Of a stretch of 64,000 nucleotides of DNA, positions 1 through 14,300 are shown one piece after another (position 1 is the stretch's first letter; each line of letters begins with the position of its first letter). Source of the stretch: Octopus vulgaris (taxonomy: Eukaryota). The notes under the pieces were generated by a model. The model made no database searches, was not told where the DNA came from, and saw only the letters and a list, made by a program, of their open reading frames with translations. A program made the translations under genes and the position numbers. The stretch lies in contig OX597817.1 in NCBI GenBank assembly GCA_951406725.2, positions 5,394,001-5,458,000 of the forward strand, given 5' to 3'.

Positions 1-158
1 ACACACACACACGCACACACACACAAGAATGTGTACCCTAATACACACATGTCTGTGCGTAAATATCTATAATTATTATAATTTAGGCAAGGTGGGGGGG
101 TCTTAGAATGCGACCTGTTTCTGATTCCTTGATGGTGTCAGTTTAATTTCTTCTTCAC

Positions 159-329
159 AATAATGCTCTTAAAAGATGCATAAACGTCACAACTTGGCAT
201 TTTACTTCCCTTCTACCATAGTACGTATGTATTTGCTCAGAAGTATATTGGTGATGTAGAATATCCAATAATTATGTTTTTAGATTCGCATGACTCACTC
301 TCCAGGCAATACGTTCCGTTAAATCCATA
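159..329. repeat. ~170-bp dispersed direct repeat, copy 1 (copy 2 at 1939-2109)
   Basis: aaaagatgcataaacgtcacaacttgg...atacgttccgttaaat occurs at both places with scattered substitutions, offset 1780 bp. Confidence 0.9.
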
Positions 330-439
330 CGAGACTTGGAGAACGGAGCTATTTTTGCGAGTGGTTCGAGATCCTGTCTTGTTTGATTCCATGAAATTGT
401 TGTTTTTGCAGATCAATCCTATAACATAAATATTCTGTC

Positions 440-842
440 TTACTCTTTACTCTTTTTACTCTTTTACTTGTTTCAGTCATTTGACTGCGGCCATGCTGGA
501 GCACCACCTTTAGTCGAGCAAATCGAACCCGGGACTTATTCCTTGTAAGCCCAGTACTTATTCTATCGGTCTCTTTTTGCCGAACCGCTAAGTGACGGGG
601 ACGTAAACACACCAGCATCGGTTGTCAAGCGATGGTGGGGGGACAAACACAGACGGCTGTGTGGTAAGTAGCTTGCTTACCAACCACATGGTTCCGGGTT
701 CAGTCCCACTGCGTGGCAACTTGGGCAAGTGTCTTCTGCTATAGCCTCGGGCCGACCAATGCCTTGTTAGTGGATTTGGTAGACGGAAACTGAAAGAAGC
801 CTGTCGTATATATGTATATATATATCTATGTGTGTGTATATG
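440..842 (-). mobile_element. tRNA-derived SINE family 1 with inverted 5' half
   Basis: 440-654 is the reverse complement of the 3' half of the full SINE at 11517-11960; 655-842 is its 5' head in + orientation. Confidence 0.85.
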
Positions 843-1938
843 TCTTTTTATATACTTTGCATATCAAGGACTACATTTTTCACTACACTCTGGAAATCCT
901 AGTTTCCGAAAAGATTAGGCTTCTATATCTTTAGGGCATATGATGCAGGTTAGTGCAACATGTACAGAGCGTAGAAATAAAGCATGTAACAGCATAAATA
1001 ATTCATTCTGGAGTGGTATCTGTATAAATTCAGTAAACGATAGCTATTTCCAGCCAATTTTTTTGTAAAGGTTTGTACTTCGGATTCTTATTTGACTATC
1101 CATTGCCTTGAAGCTTGTGCGGATGTTTACAATGAAGAGAATTCTATTTTACATCTTACACATCGTCATTCTCCATGGATCATGTAAGGTGAGGCATGTA
1201 ACACCTCCCATAGTAATCAATTCTTCATACTTTGACCAACTCAAAAGGAGTCAGTATTTTCTCGCAATAAAGCGGCGATTGTTGCAAATTAGATGTTATT
1301 TCCAATCATTTGATACCACGATCTCCGATTCCCATCTTACGTAATTTCCGGTAGTTTCTGTAGCAATGATATTCGGAAGGTCTTAAATGTTATATTTTTA
1401 TTTCTCATCCTTTATAAGAGACTTTCCAGCCAATAAGGGAACTTCTATGCAGTCTCACGTACAGAAAAAAGAGTGTTTATTTACCTTTCTATTAACCTTG
1501 TATTGCATAATACTCTCTGTTTGAAAAGAGGTGATAGCCACGGCTACATATTTGTTTTTGCTCTCATGTCTCCTGTCTCAGAACAGATTTGGAGCTAAAC
1601 TAAAATAGCAGATTATAATACTATCGAAAAGTTTCCTTCGTGTGCATGGAGAATTTGACTGCTCAAAGTAAACTACTTTCAGTAATTATAACGATGACAA
1701 AAGCCTAAGTCAACAATTTCAGTTTCCCTACTACACTACTACGAATAAAAGCATCGTTTCATCTCCAACTACACCAACATCACAATTAACACTCACCGCT
1801 AACTATCATTGATATGTACAATGCCACAAGCAAATATCCGTGATCAAGTCGCCTTCTATCTTATTTTATTTTAGATAAGGCCTATATATTACATGTCCTC
1901 AACTATTCCAGAAAGGTTAAAATTTCGCAATAAATACA

Positions 1939-2109
1939 AATAACGCTTTTAAAAGATGCATAAACGTCACAACTTGGTATTTTATTTCCCTTCTACCATA
2001 GTACGTATGTGTTTGCTCTGAAGTATATTGGTGATGTGGAATATCCAATAATTATCTTTTTAGATTCGCTTGACTAACTCTCCAGATAATACGTTCCGTT
2101 AAATTCATA
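1939..2109. repeat. ~170-bp dispersed direct repeat, copy 2
   Basis: matches 159-329. Confidence 0.9.
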
Positions 2110-2699
2110 TTAAATTCAAGTTAACCCCTCCAGCTCACCCACCACACCCCCGGTTCTCAAGCACGCAAACGTTGTTTCTGTAAGGTAAGTGGTTTGCAAT
2201 TTATTTGTTGAAGTAGCAAAGAATTACTTCTTCAGTCAGGTCATTATTTTACAATTCTTATAATGTCAAGTAGTTCCTCAATGTAACAAGTAACACGTAA
2301 AGTAATACATTTTGTCACATGGCCAAGTGTTCAGTGACTAAAATGGTATTCCACGTAGCTTACTGGGTGAGGAGAATTGCATGAAAACGACCAGGACAAA
2401 AACAAGATGTGTTAAAAGGAAGTCATCGGTTGCCTATTATCACTGTAAAGGAAGAGAAATAACTGAGTTGATGAATGAGCACGTGGCAAGAAAACTGGAA
2501 ATATAACGGAGCCTTAGTTCTAGACAGGGCATCTATCAAAGATATGGAAAATTCTACAAAACAGTTTCACTTTCCTTTAAACGCTTAGGATAACTGAATT
2601 TTAACGGAAACAACCATGAGAAAAATATCAGAGTGAAGCGTCTCACACATTCTTACCAGCAAATCCTGCATGTAATCTTATCTCTAACCATCCAGACCA

Positions 2700-2977
2700 A
2701 GTAGTATTGTTGAATCAAGACATTTCATTGCGAGAGAATGTAGCTGTTGCTGAAGATCTCTCTACGTGAAATTATGACCCTCACAACCCATTAATTCGAG
2801 CGCACCAAACGCAATTGTCCTAGAACTGCATATAGACGGCGGATCTTTCATGTCAATGGTCTTGGTTCATATAGGACTGCGACAATGAAATACCACCACT
2901 TTTTTTACGAAGCCACAAACAAGAACATCATTAAAGCAAATGCTTCACTTTCTACATTTGGGACAACTGTAACATCC
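2700..2977 (+). pseudogene. possible decayed Helitron Rep N-terminal remnant, apparently continuing at ~3970-4080
   Basis: frame-jumping translation EIPPLF/YEATNKNIIKANASLSTFGTTV, then IIFMDSKME beyond the insertion, resembles the Helitron motifs PP..NIRxYN..TSFG..QIYFMD; weak and by eye. Confidence 0.35.
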
Positions 2978-3225
2978 AAGAAGAAGAAGAAGAAGAAGAA
3001 GAAGAAGAAGAAGAAGAAGAAGAAGAAGAAGAAGAAGAAGAAGAAGAAGAAGGAGAAGAAGTAGAAGAAGAAGAAGAAGAAGAAGAAGAAGAAGAAGAAG
3101 AAGGAGGAGAAGAAGAAGAAGATGATGATGATGATGATGATGATGAAGAAGAAGAAGAAGAAAAAGAAGAAGAAGAAGAAGAAGAAGAAGAAGAAGAAGA
3201 AGAAGAAGAAGAAGAAGAAGAAGAA
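2978..3225 (+). repeat. (GAA)n microsatellite with internal (GAT)8
   Basis: directly visible; abuts the 5' truncation point of an RLE retroelement. Confidence 0.98.
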
Positions 3226-3966
3226 TGAGACCATTGCTCATGTTGTCTTCATGTGCAGTTTTCTTGCGCCTACAGAGTATCTCAACAGGTATGATACAGC
3301 TTCACAATATATTCACTGGGTAATTTGCAAAAAAAAATGGACTTGCCCTATGATAAAACCTGGTGGGAACAAAAACCACATCCAATGCTTGAAACTGATC
3401 ACATCTCACGCCACTGGAACTTCACCATTCAAACTGAGAGAATGATAGATGCAAATAGCCCGGACATCATATTGAAAGACTTCAGACAAAAATCATGCCG
3501 CCTCGTTGATATGATTGTCCCAATCGATATAAACATATCTGTCAAGACCTACCAAAAACTGAGCAAGTATACAGATCTTGAAATAGAAATTAGCAAAATG
3601 TGGAACCTGAAAACTAAAACAATACCTGTTGTCATAGGTGCCCTGGGAATGATAGTAAAAGGGGCTGATTGCTACCTAGCTCAGATTTCAGGAAACACCA
3701 AAATAGCAGAAATTCAAAAGATAGTGCTCATGGGAAGTGCCCGTATCCTACGTATAATACTGTCTATGTAATCTCAAATTTTAAAACAAACACATAATTT
3801 TCTTAAGGTTTCGTAAACATTCTCTAGAACAACACTATGTACAGAATCAAATATATGACACCCTAGGCATAACACCAACATGAACTTCTAACTTGTTGTC
3901 CCTTGAAGTCTCTTGGTGGGACTTGTAGCCAACTTGTACAAATTTAAAGCAAAAGTCAAACATAAA
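3226..3966 (+). mobile_element. 5'-truncated R4/Dong-like non-LTR retrotransposon (RLE domain + 3' UTR)
   Basis: ETIAHVVFMC..LA..EYLNRYD (end of the CCHC knuckle and RHD), NSPDII..D...LVDMIVP..K..KY.DL..EI..MW...VVIGALG, i.e. a PD-(D/E)xK restriction-like endonuclease; frameshift in the A-run at ~3330. Confidence 0.9.
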
Positions 3967-5039
3967 TATGACTAGGTGGTTGCACGACCGTTTTATAGCA
4001 TAGCTAACTAAACCTCAGGTAAAAAGCTGGCATCCATAAAACAATTATTTTCATGGACTCCAAAATGGAAGGCAGTTACCATGAGACCGAAGACTTGGCC
4101 CCTATACTTGTAACAAATACATTTAAACTGCATTTTCCCTTGCGTGTTCTGAACGGGACATTGAATAAATTTACAAACCTGAAACAAAAACGATCCCTCC
4201 GTCGAACGACTGCGACATTTACTTCAGTGAAATCTCGCTCAAAAGGTTTTTCTTGCCCTAGGATTATGGTAAAAGGCATCAGCGTGTTGGGAAGTGAAAC
4301 GTGAGATGAATTAACAATTATAATTTTATCATGGTTAAATGGCTAAAATGAATCTCCACTGATGCACTACAACACAGTTTCCAAACAAATCATTTGCTAA
4401 ACAAGTACACCTCTGAGAAAAATAACATTACATTTAGAATCAGAAGAGTTAGATAATACGCAGAATTCGATGGTTTATGTTTGAAATGTTTTTAATGATT
4501 AATATAGTCAAGAAGAGGTGGTCAGGAGCTGAACGAAAGTTGACAGCTAACAATGCTGCAAGCATGAACATTCTTACGACCTATTTACATTTATATTTAC
4601 TCGCCTACACACTCAAGTTGATTATGAAATTCTGAATCAGTAAAATACAAATAAAATAAATATTTAATTAAATTCAGAAAATGTCAAAATTTAAAATTCA
4701 AAATAACAAGTGATTATGATGTTAAGGAAGAATAGAGAGAAATATCAACAAAATTAGTTATAATATAAATAAGAGTATGTTATGCATAGTATATATTCAT
4801 ATAAGCGTATAATATATATTTGTATATGTACTTGTATACGTGTGTATGCAGATATAGGTACAAGTGTTTGTGTGACTGTGCCTAGGTGTCAGTGCGTGTG
4901 CATGTGTGTGAGAGTTCAAGAAAGAATGGGTATGCAATTATGCAGGTAAACTGATAAAATTTACTAACGATCTTACTAATATATAACGCTATAGGCAAAC
5001 AATACTATGTTCACACATGAAATTATGATAACAGGAATT

Positions 5040-5235
5040 CTTTCTAGTATAAATACAAGGTCTGAAATTTGGGAGAGGCAGGGATTAGCCCATTCCATTG
5101 AGCCTAGCGTTCAACAAGTACTTACTTCATTGACTCCGAAAGGTTGAAAGTAAAGTCGATCTCGGCGAAATAACAATTGAGAAGGTAAAGGCGGACAGAA
5201 TGTCATTAATCATTTTGTGCAGTGTGCTAAATATT
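5040..5235 (-). mobile_element. SINE family 4, older decayed copy
   Basis: diverged match to 5252-5435 (gaaaggt.aagtcga.ct.ggcg.aat core). Confidence 0.65.
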
Positions 5236-5251
5236 CAAGAAGAAGAAGAAG

Positions 5252-5435
5252 AATCCTTTCTACTATAGGCACAAGGCTTGAAATTTTGGGGAAGTGTTAA
5301 GTCGATTACATCGACCCCAAGACTCAGCTGGTACTTAATTCATCGACCCCGAAATGCTGAAAGGTAAAGTCGCCCTTGGCGGAATTTGAATTCAGAACGT
5401 AGCGACGGGCGAAACACCGCCCGTCCAGCTCACAG
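5252..5435 (-). mobile_element. SINE family 4 (tRNA-like head with B-box-like gttctgaattcaaattcc)
   Basis: minus strand reads gagctgg..cgggcggtgtttcgcc..gttctgaattcaaattccgccaagg..ggggtcgat..aagtaccag; flanked by (GAA)n and (TAA)n. Confidence 0.75.
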
Positions 5436-7118
<1,683 letters not shown>

Positions 7119-7605
7119 GGTCACAGAAAACGAAAAAGTAACCATACTCTGGGATATGCCAATACACACAGATAGAGAAATTAAGACCAACAGACCAGAT
7201 ATAGTTGTCAGAGATCATGAAGAAAAAAATGCTTTCTAATTGATGTATCAATACCAGCAGATGAGAACGTGCCACTAAAAGAATTGGAGAAACTTTCAAA
7301 ACACAAAGACCTGGAAATAGAGGTAACTCGAATGTGGAATCTAAAAACAGAAGCAATTCCTATCATAGTAGGTACATTAGGCATGATAAAAAAATATTCA
7401 GACAAATACATAACAAAAACACCAGGACTTACAAACACATATAACATACAGAAAATTGCACTACTAGGCACTGCACACATCCTACGCAGAACACTTTCCA
7501 TACAATAACCATCAGAGCATCACAACAAATCAGAGCACATACCCAAGGCACAGAGAGCTGCGCTCGGTAGTGAAGTGAAAGCACGCTATAAAAACAAAAC
7601 TACTG
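7119..7605 (+). mobile_element. family A copy 4
   Basis: VTENEKVTILWDMPIHTDREIKTNRPDIVV..KELEKLSK..LGTAHILRRTLSIQ plus 3' UTR. Confidence 0.93.
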
Positions 7606-7640
7606 AATGATAATAAAAATAAAAAAATTTTAAAAATTAA

Positions 7641-7677
<37 letters not shown>

Positions 7678-7678
<1 letters not shown>

Positions 7679-7735
7679 ATGTACCAAGTAAAATCATGCA
7701 GGAGGATGGAAAAGTAACGATACTCTGGGACTATG
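7678..7735 (+). mobile_element. tiny diverged RLE-element fragment following (TAA)n at 7642-7677
   Basis: translates HVPSKIMQEDGKVTILWDY, cf. HTPEKVTENEKATIIWDM in copy 2. Confidence 0.7.
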
Positions 7736-7739
7736 CTAA

Positions 7740-8270
7740 GCCTTGAAGATATTTCACAATTGTTATCCAACTTACATAAAGAATGGAAAAAGATTATTGT
7801 GATGAATCTTATTTTGCTGTAGACGATAATGAAAATTATCATGTCAGTATTACTTAAACACATTCGGATGTGATGACAACAATGCTGACATAAGTGATTC
7901 TTTAGACCCTTCAATGATGCACGTAAAGTATTGCTCGAAGGATAAACCTGAAGCTGAAAGGACACAGGAAGAACATAATTGAAAGGACACAAGAAGAATT
8001 CCATCCTACAATGCTATCAACAGCCTGGGCCTTCACATTTTGCAAGTAGGTTTTGTGATTCAACTCTTTCATCATTTATACTGTTCATGAAACCAAATCT
8101 CTTGGAAATAATCCAAATATGGAAAAATGCCGAAGGAACTTGGGTCTATAAAGATAAGGGGATAGAAATGAATTCTGCTGAATTTAGAAAGTTTATTGGA
8201 TTGATTATTCTTATCGTAATTTACAAATGCAAGCATGAAAATGTTATTCAACTTTGGGGTTTTGGAGGCA
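7740..8270 (+). pseudogene. piggyBac (PGBD-like, DDE_Tnp_1_7 N-terminal) transposase remnant
   Basis: PGPSHFA..CDSTLSSFILFM..LLEIIQIWKNAEG..EFRKFIGLIILIVIYK..ENVIQLW. Confidence 0.8.
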
Positions 8271-8821
8271 GACGCCCTTTTTTCACACACACGCGCGCGC
8301 ACGAATTCATACATCCACATGCACATATATATTAATGAAGTACACAAATACATGACAGTACGCAAACCATATTGATTCCGTGTGTAGAAATCAATGGCTT
8401 CATAAAGTACAACTGTAAAGCCTAATGTGGAAGAAATACATACAGACAAACATATTAATATAACAATTTTTTTTTAAATAATAAAGACACACAAAACACT
8501 ATAGAAATCAATGAAGAGACAAAAGAAACATACCTTTATTTAGAAACCTACTATCAACAGATCATTTTACAGACGCTAAACTATAAATTTCACAAGGTAC
8601 AACCTTAAAGCTGACACCACTAAGATGACACCGATACAACGCAGAAATTTTCTGTTTCATTATTGGTTAAAATTACACAGGTTTTTTTTCGATTTTTAAA
8701 CGTTTGAAACTTTTTCGTCAAATTTTTTCTCCACAAGTTCATGGCATCACAGGAATAAGAGTCGAAAACTGCATCAATATAACCGATATTCAAATGTTTT
8801 TATTTCCTTTAAAAAAATTCA

Positions 8822-9400
8822 GATTCTGCGCCTGAGACAAGCTAGATACCGTGTCTGCGCATCAAAAGTCATGGCATGCCAAAGCCGCCACGCAGAGGGA
8901 GTTGGCAGCAAAGTGATCGCTCCAGCCAAATCAAGCAGTAACTCGGGCAAGGCACGGCGGTCAGGCGATAAATGATGACGGAGGTAATGTAGGCATTCGC
9001 TACCTCTACTCGACCTTTCAGTAACAACTTCCTCTCTGCTTATTTCTGGGTAAAATTCCCCACCCTCTTCATCACATCCTTCCAATTCTTCTCCACCTCG
9101 GAGCCATGACCGAACCAGCCCCCGAGCAGTTTAACTGGTCCCTCAGTCCAGCGTCGGACAATACGATCCGACGGAATCGATCTGCTTCCCCAAATTCCCA
9201 GTCGCAGTTCCACCAAAATTGTCGATGTTTTGACCCCTGCAACCGTCTCACATTCCTATACAATGGATCCGACCTGCATATGCCGACACTGCCCTCAAGC
9301 TCCCAGTTCGAAAGAGATGCTTCTTAACTGGACCAGCAAACGTTTCGACGATTACTATTCTGTTCGTTCGAGCATCGGGACAGCATTAAAGTACTTCATA
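8822..9400 (-). mobile_element. old decayed Tx1-like RT fragment related to the 15811-19144 element
   Basis: minus strand VSAYAG..GPVKLLGGWFGHGSEVEKNWKDV..AERKLLLKGRVEVANAYITSVIIYRLTAVPCP..RSLCCQLPLRGGFGMP aligns with the intact ORF; contains stops and deletions. Confidence 0.88.
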
Positions 9401-9599
9401 GATCTGTGTAGAACCAATGATACACTTTAAGAGTCAAAGCTGGTTATGTTAATAATAGGTAGAGAGTTCACTCTTCGGCCTTTCACACTGTTTGTTTCTA
9501 TTCAGTTTTACACAGGAATGTTGGGTCAAACTGGGGTCATAGAGATAGTACTATCAAATTCGGCATTTCTTATAAACCACTCAATCATAAATGCACAAA

Positions 9600-9943
9600 G
9601 GGTAAAGACCCCCTTCGGTCATGAGTGACCATGGGTTTGCACCTAGAGAGTTACCCTCTGAGGCACAAGTCTGGGCAAGGTTGTTTTTTTATGGAAGACC
9701 AGTAGTCGCCCATGCATACCGGCCTCCCCTCTCCACGCCACCAGTGTTATCCAAGGGAAAGACAAAGGTCGATACAGCTTGGCACCTGTGACGTCGCAAC
9801 TCATTTCTACAGCTGAGTGAACTGGAGCAACGTCAAATAAAGTGTCTTGCTCAAGAACACAACACGCAGCCCGGTCCGGGATTCGAGCTCACAACCTCAC
9901 GATCGTAAGCTCGACGCTCTAACCACTGAGCCATGCGCCTTCA
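9600..9943 (-). mobile_element. tRNA-derived SINE family 2, full length, 14-bp TSD
   Basis: head ggcgcatggctcagtggttagagcg..gctcgaatccc (A/B boxes); TSD cataaatgcacaaa at 9586-9599 and 9944-9957. Confidence 0.92.
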
Positions 9944-10168
9944 CATAAATGCACAAACATACATATATATGTATATATATTCCTTTATTCTTTTATACGC
10001 ATCAGTCATTATATATATATATGCAACTCAGCCGATATCAGAGGGGTATGCGTTCGAATCCCGTAGCCGTCTGCTGACAACATTTTACGTCTAATAAGGG
10101 TAAAATACCCCCAATATTTCTGCTATTTTGACGGCTATACTGCGTTTAAAATTATTTTCTTTTCTGTA

Positions 10169-10235
<67 letters not shown>

Positions 10236-10984
10236 TTCACGCGCATGCAGAGAAACAGAAACAGACAGATAGAATGACAATGGAATTGGGAATGACAGAG
10301 GAAGAGAGGAGAGAGAGAGAGAGTCGTGCTTAAACATAATTGCACATAAATATTCATAATTACGTTCACCTTGTAGCTATGCAGAAAATATTGCCGAGAT
10401 GACACAGAGGTGTTTGCTACTTTACATATTGTGTAGTTTGACATCTATTACAAAATCACTAACGCACTGAGAAATACAGAATGAAATTTAAAATGTCAGT
10501 ATTGTAAATTCTATCTTGTATATTTCAATTTCACATATAGTCTTGTTGTGAAATAATGTCAGTAGAAATACCCTATATTCTCAACAGCGCAGCGCCGATA
10601 TCGAATTTACTTCCAATTTGCATATTGTCGCTTGCTTGACAAGCGCTAAGAGATAATTTGCATATCGGCATTTGTTTGGGAATCGTTAAACATCTAATTT
10701 GCATATCGACATGTTTGGCGACTGTTAATCCTCACCTTGGATAAGCTGCTGAGCAGTTCTATTATAGCTGTGACATTTTTTCCAGCGTCTGGGGTTAAGC
10801 GACAGTTGCTTGAAAATGTCTAAAGCAGTTATGCATTCAATCACCACAGCATGCATTCTTAGCAGACCAAGATTATTTATATCATATGAATATACTGAAT
10901 TTTTTTTAATAGCCATGCAGTCGTGATATATGTTACCTGCGCGCGCAAGAACACACACGTAAATATATCCATAAATATACATAT

Positions 10985-11515
10985 ATAAAATGATAAAGTC
11001 AGGAGGTTTAAGAAGTGAATATATATTTATTTAACCATGTGATTTCCTTTTGACCTACGACTGTTTCACAGCTTTCTTCATATGTGAAAGAAAGTATGTA
11101 TACATCTTTGCATTAATATGTATGCACAACATTATGCATTATAATTGCATATTCACAAATTAATGCAAATAAAGGAAGCTAGCTCATCAGATATACAAAA
11201 CATTATTGTAACATCAAAGATTCAATTCTAAATATGCACACTAAATTTCCTCTTTATATATGTACAATGCATGGATAGCCGAATGGACAATAACAAGCTG
11301 ACTAAGTCAATAAAGTAGAAATATTGCTTCATATCAAATATGTTAAACTGCTAAATAGAAATTGAACGGATTGACATCGATTGGATCTTCTGGATTTTTT
11401 CAGTTGCATAAGCACTCTTCTTTGTAATGGATCACGGTGTGGGTTGTTAGTCGAGTCCGTGAAGAGAAGCTCATCTTAATGTCTGCACAATTCCCTGAAT
11501 CTACATCTTGTATTG
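10985..11515 (-). mobile_element. Penelope-like element 3' remnant
   Basis: PYNTRCRFRELCRH resembles the C-terminal PY..CxLC of Neptune-type GIY-YIG; followed by a hammerhead motif. Confidence 0.55.
11050..11195 (-). ncRNA. hammerhead-ribozyme motif with very long stem II
   Basis: minus strand CTGATGA (11190-11184) gc.tagctt..~115 nt..aagct.gt GAAAC agtc GTA; stem I poorly preserved. Confidence 0.55.
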
Positions 11516-11516
11516 T

Positions 11517-11688
11517 AGGAGTGGCTATGTGGTAAGTAGCTTGCTTACCAACCATATGGTTTCGGGTTCAGTCCCACTGCGTGGCACCTTGGGCAAGTGT
11601 CTTCTACTGTAGCCTCGGGCCGACCAAAGCCTTGTGAGTGGATTTGGTAGATGGAAACTGAAAGAAGCCCGCCGTATATATGTATATT

Positions 11689-11745
<57 letters not shown>

Positions 11746-11960
11746 TTGTGTGTCTGTGTTTGTCCCCCAGCATCGCTTGACAACCGATGCTGGTGTATTT
11801 ACATCCCCGTAACTTAGCGGTTCGGCAAAAAGAGACCGATAGAATAAGTACTAGATTTACAAAGAATAAGTCCTGGGATCGATTTGCTCGACTAAAGGCA
11901 GTGTTCCTGCATGGCCACAGTCAAATGACTGAAACAAGTAAAAGATTAAAAGAGAAAAAG
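11517..11960 (+). mobile_element. SINE family 1, full length, internal (TA)n(TG)n
   Basis: head gtggctatgtggtaag..gggttcagtccc, ccttgggcaagtg, tail cagtcaaatgactgaaacaagtaaaaga; further copies in the window. Confidence 0.92.
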
Positions 11961-12013
11961 AGCGTATACAGTCATACATACACACACACACATAAGTATA
12001 TATATGTGTATAT

Positions 12014-12065
<52 letters not shown>

Positions 12066-12706
12066 GTATGCATATACATATATAGATATGTGTGTGTGTG
12101 TGTGTGTGTGTAGTTGAAGAAAGATTAAAGATCTATACAAATCAAATTTTTATATATAAAAGATGAAGATAGAGACAACTCAGGAGTAAATCTAAGAAAT
12201 TTCAATTGAGAAAATAATTAATAAAATGATTTTAAAATTATATAAAGAAAGTATAAAATATTACTGGCTTCGATGATGAATTTCATCTTATCAAATATTA
12301 ATAAAAATTTTGAAAAATTTGTAGTGAAAACAGCTTGTCTTCTGTTTGGTGGTCAAAACATGTCTGGAGTTTAAATATAGTTTAGTATAGAGTTCAAGGT
12401 GCTAGAAAGAAGTATTGTCTAAAAAGTTCTCTGTGAGTTACTGCCGGGGGAGTGGCTTAAAAGTATTTATTAAATGGGTTTTATGTCTAGCTCCGCGTGT
12501 GTGTGTTCGTGTGTGCGTGTTTATTGCGTTGACTGACCTTTCAATATGTTTAGAATGTAACCAGCTACGTGTTAATGGGTTTGTAGGTTGTGATGAATGT
12601 CTTGTTAAGAAAGGAAGATTTTCTTTATTTTTGGTGTGTATGGGTTTAAACTGCGATGTTATCTTTTGTGAGTATGTGTGTGCGTTTTTGTGGGTATTTG
12701 TGTGCA

Positions 12707-12743
<37 letters not shown>

Positions 12744-13087
12744 AGAAAGATTTAAGGATTGGTGGGAAGTATTTTCCAAATCAATAGTATATATAATTTT
12801 TTTTTTAAATATCCGTTTTATTTATTTCTTGGTAGTGGTTGGGTCTATATTTAATTGTGGTTTATATTTGTTGATAAATTGTTTTGTTTTTTTTATTTAG
12901 TTTTTGTTTGTTGTTCCCGAGTGACGCATTACTGCACGATAGCGCGGAAATTCCATTTCCTTTTTCTCGTAAACACTACGGATACGGAGGAATTCTTGGA
13001 GTAAATCCAGTAGCATTTACATCCACGCTGTGAACGGGCTTTAAGCGTACACCACACGGTGTAAACACACCCAAATCTAAAATCATT

Positions 13088-13150
<63 letters not shown>

Positions 13151-13154
<4 letters not shown>

Positions 13155-14300
13155 GTGATTATGAATGAAACATCCGACTTTGAACTGAAAGTATATTTTA
13201 CTTTATCTCAACAAAAAGCAATTATCAACACAATTTTGCCATTTTATCGGTAGCTTATTTATGCCGGCAGCGAAGAATTCTGAAGAGCAAAAGGTGAGGA
13301 AATCACGAAAAGTTTGTTTTTCCACCTTCTTCAGATTTGGAGTTTTTTCTTTCTTTTTCACTGCAAAAGTTGTCTAATTCCTTGAAAGTGTGATAGTCTG
13401 TTGGTGCAAGGTCTGGTGAATATGATGGATGACAGAGTACTTCCAAGTTCACTTCCTGTAACTTAAGTAGCATTATTTGTGCAACATGTGGTCGAACTGT
13501 GACTTGCAAGAGAATTGGCCTGTCTCTGTTGACCAATCACGTTTGTTTAATTGCAAGTTCACTCATCATTTCATCCAGTTGGTTGATGTATACATCCGCT
13601 GTAATTGACTTACCGGGTCTCATGAAGTAGGGTAGGACACCAGCTCTGGACCACCAAACAGACGCCATTAACTTTTTTTGGTGAATATTCTTTTTGGGAT
13701 TGTGTTTTGACACTTCGTCCATATCCAACCACTGTACACAACGCTTGCTATTGTTGAAAAGAATCTATTTTTCATCACACGTAAGAATACGATGCAAAAT
13801 TCGTTCGCTTTTATGCTGTGACAGCAAACAACAGCAAGCTGAAAGATGACGTGTCATCTCATGCTCGTTCATTTCGTATGGTACCCACTTGTCCAGCTTC
13901 TTTACCTTCCCGATTTGTTTCAAATGGTCCAATACAGTTGGAAGCGAAACATTGAACCTTGCTGTTAATTCACATGTGGTTTGAGATGTATCCGCTTCAA
14001 CTACAGTTTTCAGCTCACCATTATCCACTTTGGTCTCAGGCCTACTGCGGGGCTGATTTCAAGAGTAAACTCACCAGACCGGAACTTCTCAAAGAGTCGA
14101 CTTCCTGCGCACTCATTCACCACACCTCATTGATGTTTCGAGCTGTCTGGGATGCACTGGTTCCACGACTGAACTCATCTTCATAAACAAAACGAGTTTT
14201 TGATCTATCAGTTGAGCAGATGAAATAAGTAACTTCGTGAACCGAATACCCAAACCATTAAGCTGCAAGCTTTCACATCTATTCATATAGACATACAAAT
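13151..14300 (-). mobile_element. mariner (D,D34D-type) transposon, decayed transposase
   Basis: KKLDKWVPYEM (WVPHEL), ILTCDEK, SVWWS..GV, HPSYSPDLAPTDYH; premature stops; abuts (TA)n at 13093-13150. Confidence 0.93.

Noticed and set aside
2905-3445. Poly-F/L/K/M ORFs (also poly-S/Y at 5430-7356)
   Set aside because: Trinucleotide microsatellite translations
9870-9943. tRNA-like sequences (also at 11520, 44095, 46190)
   Set aside because: SINE heads: they continue into SINE bodies and one has a TSD; no complete cloverleaf established
12130-13091. Possible Penelope-like remnant with hammerhead relics
   Set aside because: Motifs are too degenerate and no peptide evidence was found
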